A DNA stretch of 48,359 nt from Octopus bimaculoides. Lineage: Eukaryota. The translations under genes were made by a program, and so were the position numbers. Location of the stretch: contig NC_069007.1 of NCBI RefSeq assembly GCF_001194135.2, positions 4,039,674 to 4,088,032 on the forward strand, written 5' to 3'. The notes beneath the pieces are model-generated. The model had not been told where the DNA came from, did not search any database, and saw only the letters and a list, made by a program, of their open reading frames with translations. Below are positions 20,672 through 33,639 of this stretch, in pieces (the stretch's first letter is position 1; every line of letters begins with the position of its first letter).

Positions 20672-23600
20672 GATATATATATATATATACATATGTATAT
20701 ATAAACACACACACACACACACAGAATAATGCTATTTATTATCTCTATGTCAATAAATGTTTCTTTTTTGTTAACTTTGTGTTTTGTTTATCAATGATAT
20801 TTAAAAGAGATTCCCTCAATTCAGAGGGCCTTGATTTGCGCGATCACTTATCCTTATTGTTTGCATTGTTGGTTTTATGCAGCGAATGTTTTGTTAACAT
20901 TCATAGACAAGTTAACAGAATGACTTTTGAACTTTGTACATATTTCAATCTGATGGAGAATGCGAGACAAATTGAAAGTGACAGCTAAACACAATCATTA
21001 ACAAACAATTAGCAAAATTAAAATTCTTCAATAATTGATAATAAAAGGCTCTAATTATAAAATGTAGTTGGTTTCATTAAGCTTAATTTTTAATTGTTAA
21101 ACTGAGCATTATTTATAATAGGAGATAGGAAGGAATATGAATGAACCTAGTAGGCTCTGTTGGTTGTGTATTGTCAGTGTGCATGTACAACAATCTGTTG
21201 TGTATTGTCAGTGTACATGTACAACAAAGAGTTAGTGTGTTGGGAGAAAAATAGGGAAATAAGAGGAATCAGATGTAAGAGAGAAGGCTGTGCTTATGAT
21301 GAGAACATCCATTTACAGAATTGTTAAAGAACATGGATGGAACTTGTGAAAGAGGGGAGACCCAGGAAGATGTGGAAGGAAGTAGTGAAGGCTGATGCCA
21401 AGATGTTAAGCCACATGGAGTAAGATAACAAAGAACCCAGATAATTGGCCAATTTGCTTTGCTTGCGAAGATCTGTTCGTCTTGATGAAAGTGGGGCATA
21501 AAAGCCTTATCTTTATGTCTACACACTTACTGGGCCTTGCGCTTGCACACAACTGTCTCCACCTTTCATCTTGCAATACTCATCCTTTCACTCTTGTAAC
21601 TATGGCACTATTCAGCTACCATAATTATATGAGAGCAAAATATACACACATTTTATCCCTATTTGTGATATCAGTTACTCCAACCCTTTTCCTGGAACTA
21701 CTTTCATTTAACCCTTTAGTGTTCGCATTATTCTGTCAAAATGAATGCTTTTTCATCTACATTGTTTTGAACTAATCATACATCATCTTGTAGCTATGAG
21801 ATTTTGATGAGGTAGCTGTTAATTTTTAAAGCAATATTGTAGGGTTGGTGCGAGAGACCAGATCCGGTCAGTTTGAACATAAAACAGGCAGAATACTTTT
21901 GGCCGGATATGGCTGGTTTTAAATCCCTTTATAATTTGCAATATCATCCCTTCCCAATTTCTTTTCCACCAATCAACCTTTTCTGTGCCCTTAGCTTACA
22001 TTTAACACCTTCTTTTACCTGCTATTATTCTCATTACTCTGTTGTGGCATCTCCACCTGCTCAATATATCCATCCCTACATACTTCTGACATCTATCTTC
22101 ATCCCTGTATCCTCCAATCTCTTACCCTGCACATCATTTACATATTTTCTGTTTATTGTACTCCCACTTATCACCGACTTCCTGAGCCACTCATTTCTTT
22201 CACCCCCTCCACTCCATTGATATTTACCATCGACTACACCCCCAGACTCATCTCTAACCATCTGTTACTCTCACACTCTAAGGAACTTATCCCCCTACCC
22301 GTCCCCACCTTTTATTTATAGTCTCTTCCTTACACTCATCTAAAAAGAGGTAAAACCTAAAAATTAGAAGAGTCATAGAAATTTTGGAAAAAGAGTATAT
22401 TTGTTCTTACAGAATGGAGATGGAAATTAGGGCGCCAAACGCTTGTATTTATTTCAGATGTGCATGTTTTAAGCATAAAAAATTACAATACAGAAGACAA
22501 TCCAACACACACAAAAATAAAAAAAAAAGAAATGGAGGGAGCATTCTATGATTATTTTGCTCTACACCTCTTCCTGTAACTTTTTAGTTTTAACTTCTTT
22601 TGCCTAACTTGTTGAAATAAATTTAAAAAGAAAAGAAAAAAATCGAAAGGCGGTCAAAAAGTAGAAAAAACTTAGAGAGAAAAGTAGGTGGGGCAAACCG
22701 TTTCGCAGAAAAACGAAACCAAAAACATTCTAAGAATTAACAAGGTTTCAAATTTTTTTTGTTTTTCAAGCACACGGGATAATCTCCGACTCTATGCCGT
22801 CTGTCTGTCTCTCTATATATATTCATACAAATAAATATATGTCTGTATTTCTAGAACAAAATTCTTTCCAGAACAAATGTATTCTATAATAATAGCATTG
22901 TAAAAGGTTAACCTTTAGGCAAAGACTAATTTTGGCGAGAATTTTCCAGCAAAATATTCCTTCTCCAAAGGTGACTCTCATACAACGTTGTGGTTATTGA
23001 ATACAGATAGCTGTAATTCTTCATGACTACAGACTGTAGATTTCGCCCTAGAAATTTTTGTGGGCAGTTTTCGTTGTAAGCACGTACAATGGCCGACGAG
23101 AAAGCGAAATTTTGATAATAAGCAATAAAGTTAAAGTGAATAGTTTTTTTAAAAAAAATTTTATATTTTAAAGAAGCCGGACTTTGTATTTCTGTTAATA
23201 AAAAATCCAATGTCGGTAGCGATGAAACAATAGAGGAGGAATCAGTATCACTACTTTCACTTTTAACAACGTGTACCGTTCTAATGTTTTGTTGGCCAAC
23301 GGAATATCATGTCTTTTAGCTTTATTTTGGTTTAATCTGTGAAAATAAACAGCCACTGAAATAACTGAGAGGCTGGTAACGAATAACTGGGAGGTATCTG
23401 GTGATCATAGAAAAACTGAAAGACGAAATTCGACTAAAATGAAAGCTAGAATTAGCGGAAAAACACCAGCAAAAGAGTCGGAATAAATTACTGATGGAAA
23501 ATCCTTACGTCAACAGAATATGTTTTTCTACAAACATGGAAATAATAAAAGTAAACAGCAACATCTCAAGAATTTATATTTCATTTTAAACACCAATAAA

Positions 23601-24216
23601 TTCTATTTGTTTTTAGGGTTTTTTTTTAAAAACAATCGTACTGTCCGACCTTCACCGTATTGTTCTAATGAATTCATATTAAATAATGAAATATTAGACA
23701 AACTGGAAGACTGAAGATAAAATGAACAAATAACACATGTCAATTGCAAACCGAAATATTTCCTGTCAAACAACCTTATGGTGAGATCTAAGATTAATCA
23801 TCTATAAGAACAAAAGCAAATATAATGATAGATCGAACCATTGAATCTTAACAATACAACCTTTTTTGTTTTTCGTCATAATCTAAAGCTCGGATTATCC
23901 AATGTAGCCTAGATTAATTTTTAAGACGGGGGGGTGGGATGATTTGGGAGAAATCTAGCTGTTATTTCTACTATTATTTAAACTTGTGAGGGTTACAGTT
24001 GTTTACAACCCCAGGTCAGCTCTCATCGAGCAGACCTACGTGAAAAAGAAAGCACTACCGCTACTACCTCGTGTTTTTATATAACTATGACTACATTGGA
24101 TTATCTCGTTCGGTAAGTCTTGTTATGATCACACGATCTGTTAGCAATAACAGCAAAATTCTTTCGAAACACGCCTTAAAAAAATTAAAGAAGGAAAAGA
24201 CAAAAACAAAGTGGTC

Positions 24217-24495
24217 ATAGATACATATAAAGACAGGAACCTCGTTCGATCCCAGGTCTATTCGTTCATAGATACATATAAAGACGGGATGATATATATA
24301 TATAAAGACAGGAACCTCGTTCGATCCCAGGTCTATTCGTTCATAGATACATATAAAGACGGGATGATATATATATATATATAAAGAGAGGAATCTGGTT
24401 CGATCTCTGGTCTATTCGTTCATAGATACATATAAAGACGGGATGATACATATATAAAGACAGGAATCTCTTTCGATTTCTGGTCTATTCGTTCA
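24217..24495. repeat. ~75-bp tandem repeat (about 3.5 copies) with an internal variable (TA)n
   Basis: Unit aggaacctcgttcgatcccaggtctattcgttcatagatacatataaagacgggatga(ta)n. Confidence 0.85.
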
Positions 24496-24615
24496 GATCT
24501 AATCCGGAGCTAAACAATAATTTAGCTGCTGTTTCTAGCAGCTCGATCATTTACGTGAGGCACCGACCTAGGGGCATGGAAATGTGATTAGAGAAAATAT
24601 AAATGGTTTTCTTAC

Positions 24616-24780
24616 TTGTTTGTGAGGGATAATTGAATGATGAAGAACCACACGACTCTACCTTTCCTCTCTCTCTCTCTCGGAATATATTTATAATTGA
24701 AATAAATGCGTCTAATGTAGATTAGACGACTGATTGCTCGAAGTGAAGAACTGTTTTATGTGTTGAGTGGGCAAAACCAG
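24616..24780 (-). other. GRN: Putative non-coding first exon of progranulin (5' boundary approximate)
   Basis: CAA|gtaaga donor at 24615 just downstream of the promoter motif cluster; the ATG exon has an acceptor and needs an upstream exon. Confidence 0.4.
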
Positions 24781-24786
24781 GAAGAC

Positions 24787-24829
24787 TGAGTCAAAGTCAC
24801 AACTTCCGGTTTAGGAGACGTCATGTGAC
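24787..24829 (-). promoter_or_regulatory. Candidate progranulin core promoter: AP-1 (TGAGTCA 24787-93), ETS (ACCGGAAGT, 24810-02), CRE-like TGACGTC overlapping CLEAR/M-box GTCATGTGAC (24820-29)
   Basis: Four consensus motifs within 43 bp in locally CpG-richer sequence; ETS site oriented with GRN. Confidence 0.55.
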
Positions 24830-25085
24830 AGGAGTAAAATGTCAAGAGGGAAGGGGAGGAGACGGGGGAATGGTGGAAGTGCGAAAGGAAAGAGTGGGAA
24901 GGAGAGGCAAGTACGCACGCATGCAAGGGCCGACCTTGTGAGCGGATTTGGTTGGCGGAAGCTGAAAGAGGCCAGGGTTCAATTCCAGTGCTTGGAACCT
25001 TGGGCAAGTGACTTCTACTGGTAGCCTCGGACAAACGAAGGCCTTGTGAGTGGATTTGGTAGACGGAAACTGAAAGGAGCCCGTC

Positions 25086-25119
<34 letters not shown>

Positions 25120-26562
25120 NNNNNNNNNNNNNNNNNNNNNNNNNNNNNNNNNNNNNNNNNNNNNNNNNNNNNNNNNNNNNNNNNNNNNNNNNNNNNNNNN
25201 NNNNNNNNNNNNNNNNNNNNNNNNNNNNNNNNNNNNNNNNNNNNNNNNNNNNNNNNNNNNNNNNNNNNNNNNNNNNNNNNNNNNNNNNNNNNNNNNNNNN
25301 NNNNNNNNNNNNNNNNNNNNNNNNNNNNNNNNNNNNNNNNNNNNNNNNNNNNNNNNNNNNNNNNNNNNNNNNNNNNNNNNNNNNNNNNNNNNNNNNNNNN
25401 NNNNNNNNNNNNNNNNNNNNNNNNNNNNNNNNNNNNNNNNNNNNNNNNNNNNNNNNNNNNNNNNNNNNNNNNNNNNNNNNNNNNNNNNNNNNNNNNNNNN
25501 NNNNNNNNNNNNNNNNNNNNNNNNNNNNNNNNNNNNNNNNNNNNNNNNNNNNNNNNNNNNNNNNNNNNNNNNNNNNNNNNNNNNNNNNNNNNNNNNNNNN
25601 NATATATATATATCATTATTAATAAATCATAGGGCAGCAAAAAAACTTTAGAAATTTAATTTACCACCAGTGGTCCAGCGAGAATAAAAATTAGTCAATA
25701 GACTATAAATTATTCATATATATATATATATATATATATACGATGGGCTTCTTTCAGTTTCTGTCAACCAAATCCATTCACAAGACTTTGGTTGGCCTGA
25801 AGTTATAGTAGAAGACACTTGCCCAAAATGCCACGCAGTGGGAATGAACCTGGAACCATGTGGTTGGTAAAGAAGCTTTTTACTGCACAGCCATGCCTGT
25901 GCAACAACTAAGAAAACTTTAAAAACCTCAAAACCCTTGGACATTGACCTCATGACTATACAACAACAACAACAACAAGAATGTGATTGGCAAATGAGCC
26001 CTTATACATTTATAATACCTTTTTTAGCTATGTGGGTACATAGTCTCCCTTGGTTTTACTTGGGAATCTTGCAAACCATTATATAGCATGGAAATAATAC
26101 AAGAAACAAAGTTTATAAATTACAGTGAGCCTTTATTCTTCTGCTAAATAATACGGTATATCGCCAAAGGACTTGGTTACATGTCACTGCCTCTGTGAGG
26201 CCCAATGCTCGAGCAGTGCTCTTTACATGCCATCAGCACGGCTGTTTTTATTTAACTGTACACACATACACTCACATACACACACGCATACACACACGCA
26301 TGCACAGTCACACACACATATACATGTACACATGCATGCACACACAAGTTGTGTTTAAACAGGATAATGAATCATTGTGATATATTTATATAAGGGCTCA
26401 CTTTCATAATGTTAAACTAGGTTAAAAATCAGCTCCCAACACCAAATGCTAAGTGCATGATATGTTTACATAAGTGGTACTACGGATGAATGTGTGGATC
26501 ACATGTCCCTGGTAATTAACCAGCAACAAATTAGTCCCATGATTTGGTATAATTTATTCTTT

Positions 26563-26753
26563 AGTTTCAGTCATTTGACTGCGGCCATGCTGGAGCACCG
26601 CCTTTAGTCAAGCAAATCGACCCCAGGACTTATTCTTTGTAAGCCTAGTATTTATTCTATTGCTCTCTCTAGCCGAACCGCTAAGTTACAGGGACGTAAA
26701 CGCACCAGCATCGGTTGTCATGTGATGTTGGGGGGACAAACACAGACACATAA

Positions 26754-26804
<51 letters not shown>

Positions 26805-26975
26805 CATATATACAACGGGCTTCTTTCAGTTTCTGTCTACCAAATCCACTCACAAGGCTTTGGTCGGCCCGAGGCTATAGTAGAAGACACTTGCCCAAGG
26901 TGCCACACAGTTGGACTGAACCCGGAACCATGTGGTTGGTAAGCAAGCTACTTACCACACAGCCACTCCTGCGAA
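26563..26975 (-). mobile_element. Full-length SINE family A with internal (CA/TA)n (other copies: 470-690, 7035-7200, 25040-25900, 30790-31140, 35450-36140, 39587-39854, 44552-44875, 45950-46090)
   Basis: tRNA-like head GGCTGTGTGGTAAG...GGGTTCAGTCC; conserved body; the internal microsatellite explains many N gaps. Confidence 0.8.
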
Positions 26976-27030
26976 TTTACCATTTAGCATTTAAACTATT
27001 CATATCTGATATCTGGCCAAAATATTCACC

Positions 27031-28060
27031 CTATATTATAAGGCTTTTTATGAAAAGTAACGATAAATCATCAAGTGCTTTATTTCTGCCCTTTGTAGGA
27101 CAGTATTCACTTTTGTTTTTTACTATAGACTCATCTTCGCTGGTGTAGTTGTGAAGTGCTTCTGTGAGGCGTAATTTTTTGCAGAAATCCATAGTGTTAT
27201 CCTTAATTTCATTTGGGTTTGATCTGCGAGGGGTTGGAGTAAACTTTAAATCTCTTGCTAGAATTCTAGTTTGTGTAGCACTTAGGATTTTCTTTGATAA
27301 GTTGATTATTTTCGGTTGTTCTTGTACATTTTGTTCCATTTCACATCTCCGTTTCTCTGATTGAAGTCTAAAAAATGGTTGGTTGTAGTAGGTGGATTGT
27401 TGTGGAAAGTCTCTGTTGTGTTTGGTTTGCTGAAGAGAAAATGGGTGTAAAGTGTGTCTGTGGTAATATATTGGTAGTGGGGTGGTGGGGTGGCTGTGAA
27501 GCGAGCTAGATTATGGTTGTACTGAGGGTTGTTATATTGTCTATGGTTGATGTGGTTAGGGTTAAATTTATTTTTAATATTGAAATGTGGGTGGAGGGGA
27601 AAGTTATGTTGTTTAGTTAGGTTGTGTCTTGTTGAATGATTAAAATAACCATGTTGAGGGTTAAGTCTTGGAGGTAAATTCTTCCATTTATTGTGAGATG
27701 ATGGAGGTAGATTGGTAGGAATTGGTTCCCAAAAGTTTCGGTTAGTCTGGAGGTTTCGATGGAACCTTTGATTTGTATGTAGGATGCCATGAGGATTACG
27801 TCCAGATTTTCTATTGTGGGCTGAATTCCTGATTGTTGTTTGCAAGTTATTTTGGGATGTAAGAGAGGTTAGGTCGGTGGAGTTGTGTCCCCTTGACCGT
27901 CTGTGGTTTGTGTTAGATAAGCGTGGGTTCATTTCTGTGTTATGTTTTTGGTTTATTTTTCTTCAAGAAGGGGTTTTTCGATGCGGATTCTATGTTGAAC
28001 TGTGTTTCGTAGTTAATAAAGCAATGACTAGTATTATTACGAAACCGGTATGCTTTTAAA
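27031..28060 (-). mobile_element. Penelope-like element, 5' ORF relic
   Basis: IINLSKKILS...ILARDLKFTPTP...DFCKKLRLTE matches the PLE N-terminal NLS..L...KGL.F.PTP...F.RKLRL motif; frameshifted. Confidence 0.7.
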
Positions 28061-28220
28061 TCTCTTTAACAACTCACAATAATGGCTTTTATTACCTTTA
28101 TTCCTACCTCAGTTCATCTAATTGTATATACCTATCGTTACTTTTCATAAAAAGCCTTACCTTTTTTTTTGATTTACAATGTGCATTTTCGCTTATTTTT
28201 CTGCTTACTTTCCCCCACTA

Positions 28221-28251
<31 letters not shown>

Positions 28252-28949
28252 NNNNNNNNNNNNNNNNNNNNNNNNNNNNNNNNNNNNNNNNNNNNNNNNN
28301 NNNNNNNNNNNNNNNNNNNNNNNNNNNNNNNNNATATACATATACATATAATGAATGTATTGTTTCCCTTTCTGAAATCTCAATACAGAACCAATGGAAT
28401 TGCTTCTTGGTAGTCATTTGATCTGTTAGAAATACTAAGCAGATCTCTCCCAAGTTGCACCTTGTTGTTTGTTACTTCTCGAGCCATGCCTGGCTCATAA
28501 AGGTCCGGTTTCCTGGTTTCATTGGCGTATAGGTTCCCCACCTGGATGGGATGCTGATCCGTCACAGGTGAGCTGCTAGATGCAGGAGGAGGAAAGAGCG
28601 AGAGAAAGTTGTGGCAAAAGAGTCAGCAGAAGCTCACCATTACCTTCTGCCAGATCCACATGGAGCTGAAGTGTTTCACTCATAAACACACACATCGCCT
28701 GGTCTGAGATTCGAACCCACAATCCCTCAACTGCAAGTCTGCTGCTCTAACCACTAGGCCATGCACCTCCACAAATCACTCCCCACTATCTAATAAATGG
28801 ATATATTCTGAATAAAAGACAAATTGGTTCTGGCAGGAATGGCTTATGCTATATATTTACTTAGTCTTGGCTTAGCAAGGGTCAAACAATAACAACAACA
28901 ATGAAAACAACATAAAAACAACCATCAATAAAAATGGGAATAAAATTAT

Positions 28950-29049
28950 TTAAAGATATTTTTACAAATTTTATTTCAGTTTTCGTTCCCAGATGGGGGT
29001 AAATATTTCTCTTTGTTTTCTGGGGTCTCTCCTGGATTATTTTTTGTCT
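28950..29049 (-). other. Candidate terminal exon of the pacifastin-like gene (completes TG|A stop, then 3' UTR; 3' end approximate)
   Basis: Strong acceptor ttctttttttctttcatttatatttcag; first base A; AATAAA at 28975-28970. Confidence 0.45.
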
Positions 29050-30042
29050 CTGAAATATAAATGAAAGAAAAAAAGAATATTATGTAAACCCCTCTCACTA
29101 TTTTGACTTGTGTTCACTTTATTGTCCCCAGGAGGATATAAAAGACAAACGTGAACCCTGAATGCAAAAGGATGTAATTGAACAGCACAAAGTATTTGAT
29201 CTCACTATCTCTCGATTCCGCCATGTTTCTTTACCCTACACAATGATGCACCAGACTTGTCTATACGAAAACCAGATACCACACTTAAATACACTTCAAT
29301 ACATTTGTTTACACGACATTACACTGCACTAGATACAACACTGCAATACACTTATATACACTTATTTACACCACATTACATTGCACCAGATCCTAAACTA
29401 CAATACACTTAAATACACTTATTTACACCGCATTACATTACAGCACTTACCTAGCGTACCTAATTGTTCAGATCACCTGTGAACTAAACCTCCATAATTT
29501 GTATAATATATATATATATATATANNNNNNNNNNNNNNNNNNNNNNNNNNNNNNNNNNNNNNNNNNNNNNNNNNNNNNNNNNNNNNNNNNNNNNNNNNNN
29601 NNNNNNNNNNNNNNNNNNNNNNNNNNNNNNNNNNNNNNNNNNNNNNNNNNNNNNNNNNNNNNNNNNNNNNNNNNNNNNNNNNNNNNNNNNNNNNNNNNNN
29701 NNNNNNNNNNNNNNNNNNNNNNNNNNNNNNNNNNNNNNNNNNNNNNNNNNNNNNNNNNNNNNNNNNNNNNNNNNNNNNNNNNNNNNNNNNNNNNNNNNNN
29801 NNNNNNNNNNNNNNNNNNNNNNNNNNNNNNNNNNNNNNNNNNNNNNNNNNNNNNNNNNNNNNNNNNNNNNNNNNNNNNNNNNNNNNNNNNNNNNNNNNNN
29901 NNNNNNNNNNNNNNNNNNNNNNNNNNNNNNNNNNNNNNNNNNNNNNNNNNNNNNNNNNNNNNNNNNNNNNNNNNNNNNNNNNNNNNNNNNNNNNNNNNNN
30001 NNNNNNNNNNNNNNNNNNNNNNNNNNNNNNNNNNNNNNNNNN

Positions 30043-30097
30043 GAAATTGACCACCGCTTTCTTTGGATGCATACAAATTTCCAGCATAAGGATAAAC

Positions 30098-30190
<93 letters not shown>

Positions 30191-31351
30191 CATTATTAAT
30201 ATTACTATTTTTTAACAAATTAATCAATAGTACAGGAGACTAAAATAATTACATTGTTTCCTTTAGCAAATTTTTGTGACAGAATGAATTTAGTGAGAAA
30301 AATTCTACCTAAAGCCTACTATGCTTAGAAGTGGCAGAGGAAGAATAGTGGAGGGTGGGGTGGGGTGAAGAAAGAAGAATGGTAAATGTTGCTATAACTT
30401 ACAATTTATAAATTATCTGTCACATTCAAAAGGCCTAATGTAACCTGCTGTGTACAAGCCATTAGGATTAGATCTATTGGGAATTGACAGTTAAGTTTCC
30501 TGTGGTGGTGATAAATTAATTCATGTCAGATACTCTTGCTGGCTGCCATATTGATAGGACCATAAATCCAGCCCTTATCTACATAAAAGGAACAAATCAC
30601 AGAGATGCCAATAATATAATGACAGATAGAGGAGATGTGATAGCCAGAAAGAGGGAGGGCTGGGGTCGCTAAAACTATTATGATTATCAAATAAAAGGGC
30701 AGAAGTTGGAAACCAAAGAAAACAAAATGAGTTCTGAATGTGGGAATTAACAAGGTGTATTCAGACTAGGTAAAAATTTATATACTCTTTTACTCTTTTA
30801 CTTGTTTCAGTCATTTGACTGTGGCCATGCTGGAGCACCACATTTATTCGAGCAAATCGACCCCAGGACTTATTCTTTGGAAGCCTAGTACTTATTTTAT
30901 TGGTCTCTTTTGCCAAATCACTAAGTTACAGGGACGTAAACACACCACCATCGGTTGTCAAGTGATGCTAGGGGGACAAACACAGACACACAAACGTATA
31001 CACACACATACATACATATATATACATATATACGACGAGCTTCTTCTATATATGGGAGTGGATTTGGTCGGCCCGAGGCTATAGTAGAAGACACTTGCCC
31101 AAGGTGCCACGCAGTGCGACTGAACCCAGAACCATGTGGTTATATAAAAGAAATTTACCAACATTATGGAAAAATATAATTATATAAAAAAAATACCAAC
31201 ATTATGTAATTATTTTACCGATGTAATTGGTAAAGGATAAAAAGGATCAATGTAATTATTTTAGTCTCCTGTACTATTGATAATTTGTTAAAAAAAATTA
31301 TTCCTTATGTTGGAAATCTGTATGCATCCAAAGAGAGCAGTGGTCTATTTC
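30043..31351. mobile_element. Diverged inverted-repeat pair (30043-30264 and 31241-31351), probable foldback/MITE with a SINE inside
   Basis: gaaattgaccaccgctttctttggatgcatacaaatttccagcataagg and gtacaggagactaaaataattacattg each have reverse-complement partners near 31.3 kb. Confidence 0.7.
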
Positions 31352-31530
31352 AAATTGATGTAATGTCTTCATTAATCAATTAAACAGAGCTGCTTGATAC
31401 CTGGACATCCTTGTTACGCATTTGGTTTTTAATCACCTAATTTTGAGCTGTGCAGACTATACCAAACTGGGTTGGTGCCTCAACTTAAGTACCTAATTCA
31501 ACTGAATTTTAATAATTTATACATACATAC

Positions 31531-31638
<108 letters not shown>

Positions 31639-33446
31639 GAGAATTTACGAAAAAAACAACAGACAAAGACAAGTGGTGTAAACAACAAATGGATGTATTA
31701 GTTTAATGCTCGGGAATAGAGAAAGTCTTTGACGTTTTAAGCTACGCTCTTCAACTGAAAGGAACACAGAAAGAAATAAGGAGAGAAACAAGGAGAAAAA
31801 AAATGACAGAGACGAGAAAAAGATGGAAAAGGCTGGAGGAAGAAGGCGGTCGATAGTATGGATTATAGAGAGATTGGAGATGGGTAGGATGGTGGTAGAA
31901 GAGTGGAGAGTGGGGTATATATATATATATATATATATGAATAATAACAATAAATGGAGCAAAATGCATATAAATAAAAGTTGCTTTTATTTATATGCGT
32001 TTTGCTCCATTTATTATTCTTATCTACTCAAAATGCATCACTTTAACTTGGTATCTCTACCTATAAAACGGGTGTGATATCCTGGTATTTTGTGTAATTT
32101 TTGCTACCCATGGTAACTATTAACATATTTACATTGTCAAAGGTTTTTTTAAACTGAGATAATATTAATATATACATAAACTTACATATATATATATATG
32201 TAAGAGAAGAAAATGGAGATTGGGAAGTTACTAATTGTTTATTATTAACAACAAATCAATCATCATCCCTTATGGCTGTTTCAATTAATACTCAGTGAAT
32301 TAATTAAATATTAAATTAAAATGCCCTGTTATTTTAAGGAAATCAATTTGGGGAAGAAGTGAAGGAAAGAATAGTGGGTCGGGGAAGAGGAAGAAGAGGA
32401 AGTGTTAAGTGATAGTGAGAGGGGGATTATGGGAAATGTAGGAGAGTAAATGGTGCTGTTTATACTACCTGAGTGTACAGTACCATAGTTAGGAGAATTA
32501 TGGAGGAATGAGTGTAATAAAATGAGTTGTGAGGGAAGGCTTGACAGGACCTTAATTTTGCTGAGCTGGATGGGTCTTCTCAAGCACAACTTATTACTAT
32601 CATCATGGTCCTTTGTCATCCCTTTTTGAGGCTCAACATTTTCATTATTTTATCCCATTTTTTTCTGGGTCTCCCTCTTCCGTGGGTTCCATCCATGTCT
32701 AACGATCAGCTCAGCTTTATGCAACAGACCTCTTTCATCTGCATGATATGACCATACCTAGCACCGTCTTCTCTCTTATATACACCACATCTGATGCATC
32801 CTATATCCAATATTTCTTTCAACACACTTGTACTTTGCTGTACATGCAAACACAACAATGACGATGATGATGACAATGATGACGATACTACATTATACTA
32901 CACAACAACAAATTGTAAGTGGATTAACTTCCGGATGTTTCCACTGGTTGTCCCCTCATTGAAAACACATTTTATATACGGTGTTAGAGTTTCCTTTAAT
33001 TTATTTGTTGTTGTTGGCACTCCGTCGATTACGATGTCGAGGGTTCCAGTTGATCCGATCAACGGAACAGCCTGCTCGTGAAATTAACGTGCAAGTGGCT
33101 GAGCACTCCACAGACACGTGTACCTTCAATGTAGTTCTCGGGGATATTCAGCGTGACACAGAGTGTGACAAGGCTGACTCTTTGAATTACAGGCACAACA
33201 GAAACCGGAAGTAAGAGAAGGTTGTGGTGGAAGAGTACAGCAGGGTTCGCCACCATCCCCTGCCGGAGCCTCGTGGAGCTTTAGGTGTTTTCGCTCAATA
33301 AACACTCACAATGCTCGGTCTGGGAATCGAAACTGCGATCCTATGACTGCGAGTCCACTGCCGTAACCACTGAGCCATTGCGCCTCCACTTTAATTTATT
33401 CAACAATATCGAAACAGCTTTCTGGCCAATGTTATTAAAGACTTAC

Positions 33447-33576
33447 CAAGAATGTTGTTTGAGAGGGCAGGGCTTCATTGTACAAGCTGCTTGTCCAGAA
33501 GTGCCACATATACATAGATTGCAGTCTTTCTTGAAGCTGTCTCCAGCGTTGTAGTGTTTGTGTTTGTAAACACAAC
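33447..33576 (-). CDS. Pacifastin-like inhibitor exon 3: (G)CVYKHKHYNAGDSFKKDCNLCICGTSGQAACTMKPCPLKQHS
   Basis: aattcttttag acceptor, TG|gtaagt donor, 130 nt, phase 1 to 2; second six-Cys module. Confidence 0.9.
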
Positions 33577-33639
33577 CTAAAAGAATTATACATAAAGTGT
33601 TGTAAGAAAATATCATTACAGATATGATGTAGGATTATA

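Noticed and set aside
23340-23520. Coding-looking + strand stretch (VIIEKLKDEIRLK*KLELAEK...)
   Set aside because: In-frame stop, no supporting splice partners and no recognisable motif.
30526-30753. Hydrophobic 75-aa ORF as an extra membrane-anchor exon of the inhibitor
   Set aside because: TTG start, and the nearest acceptor read in the required phase stops after six codons.
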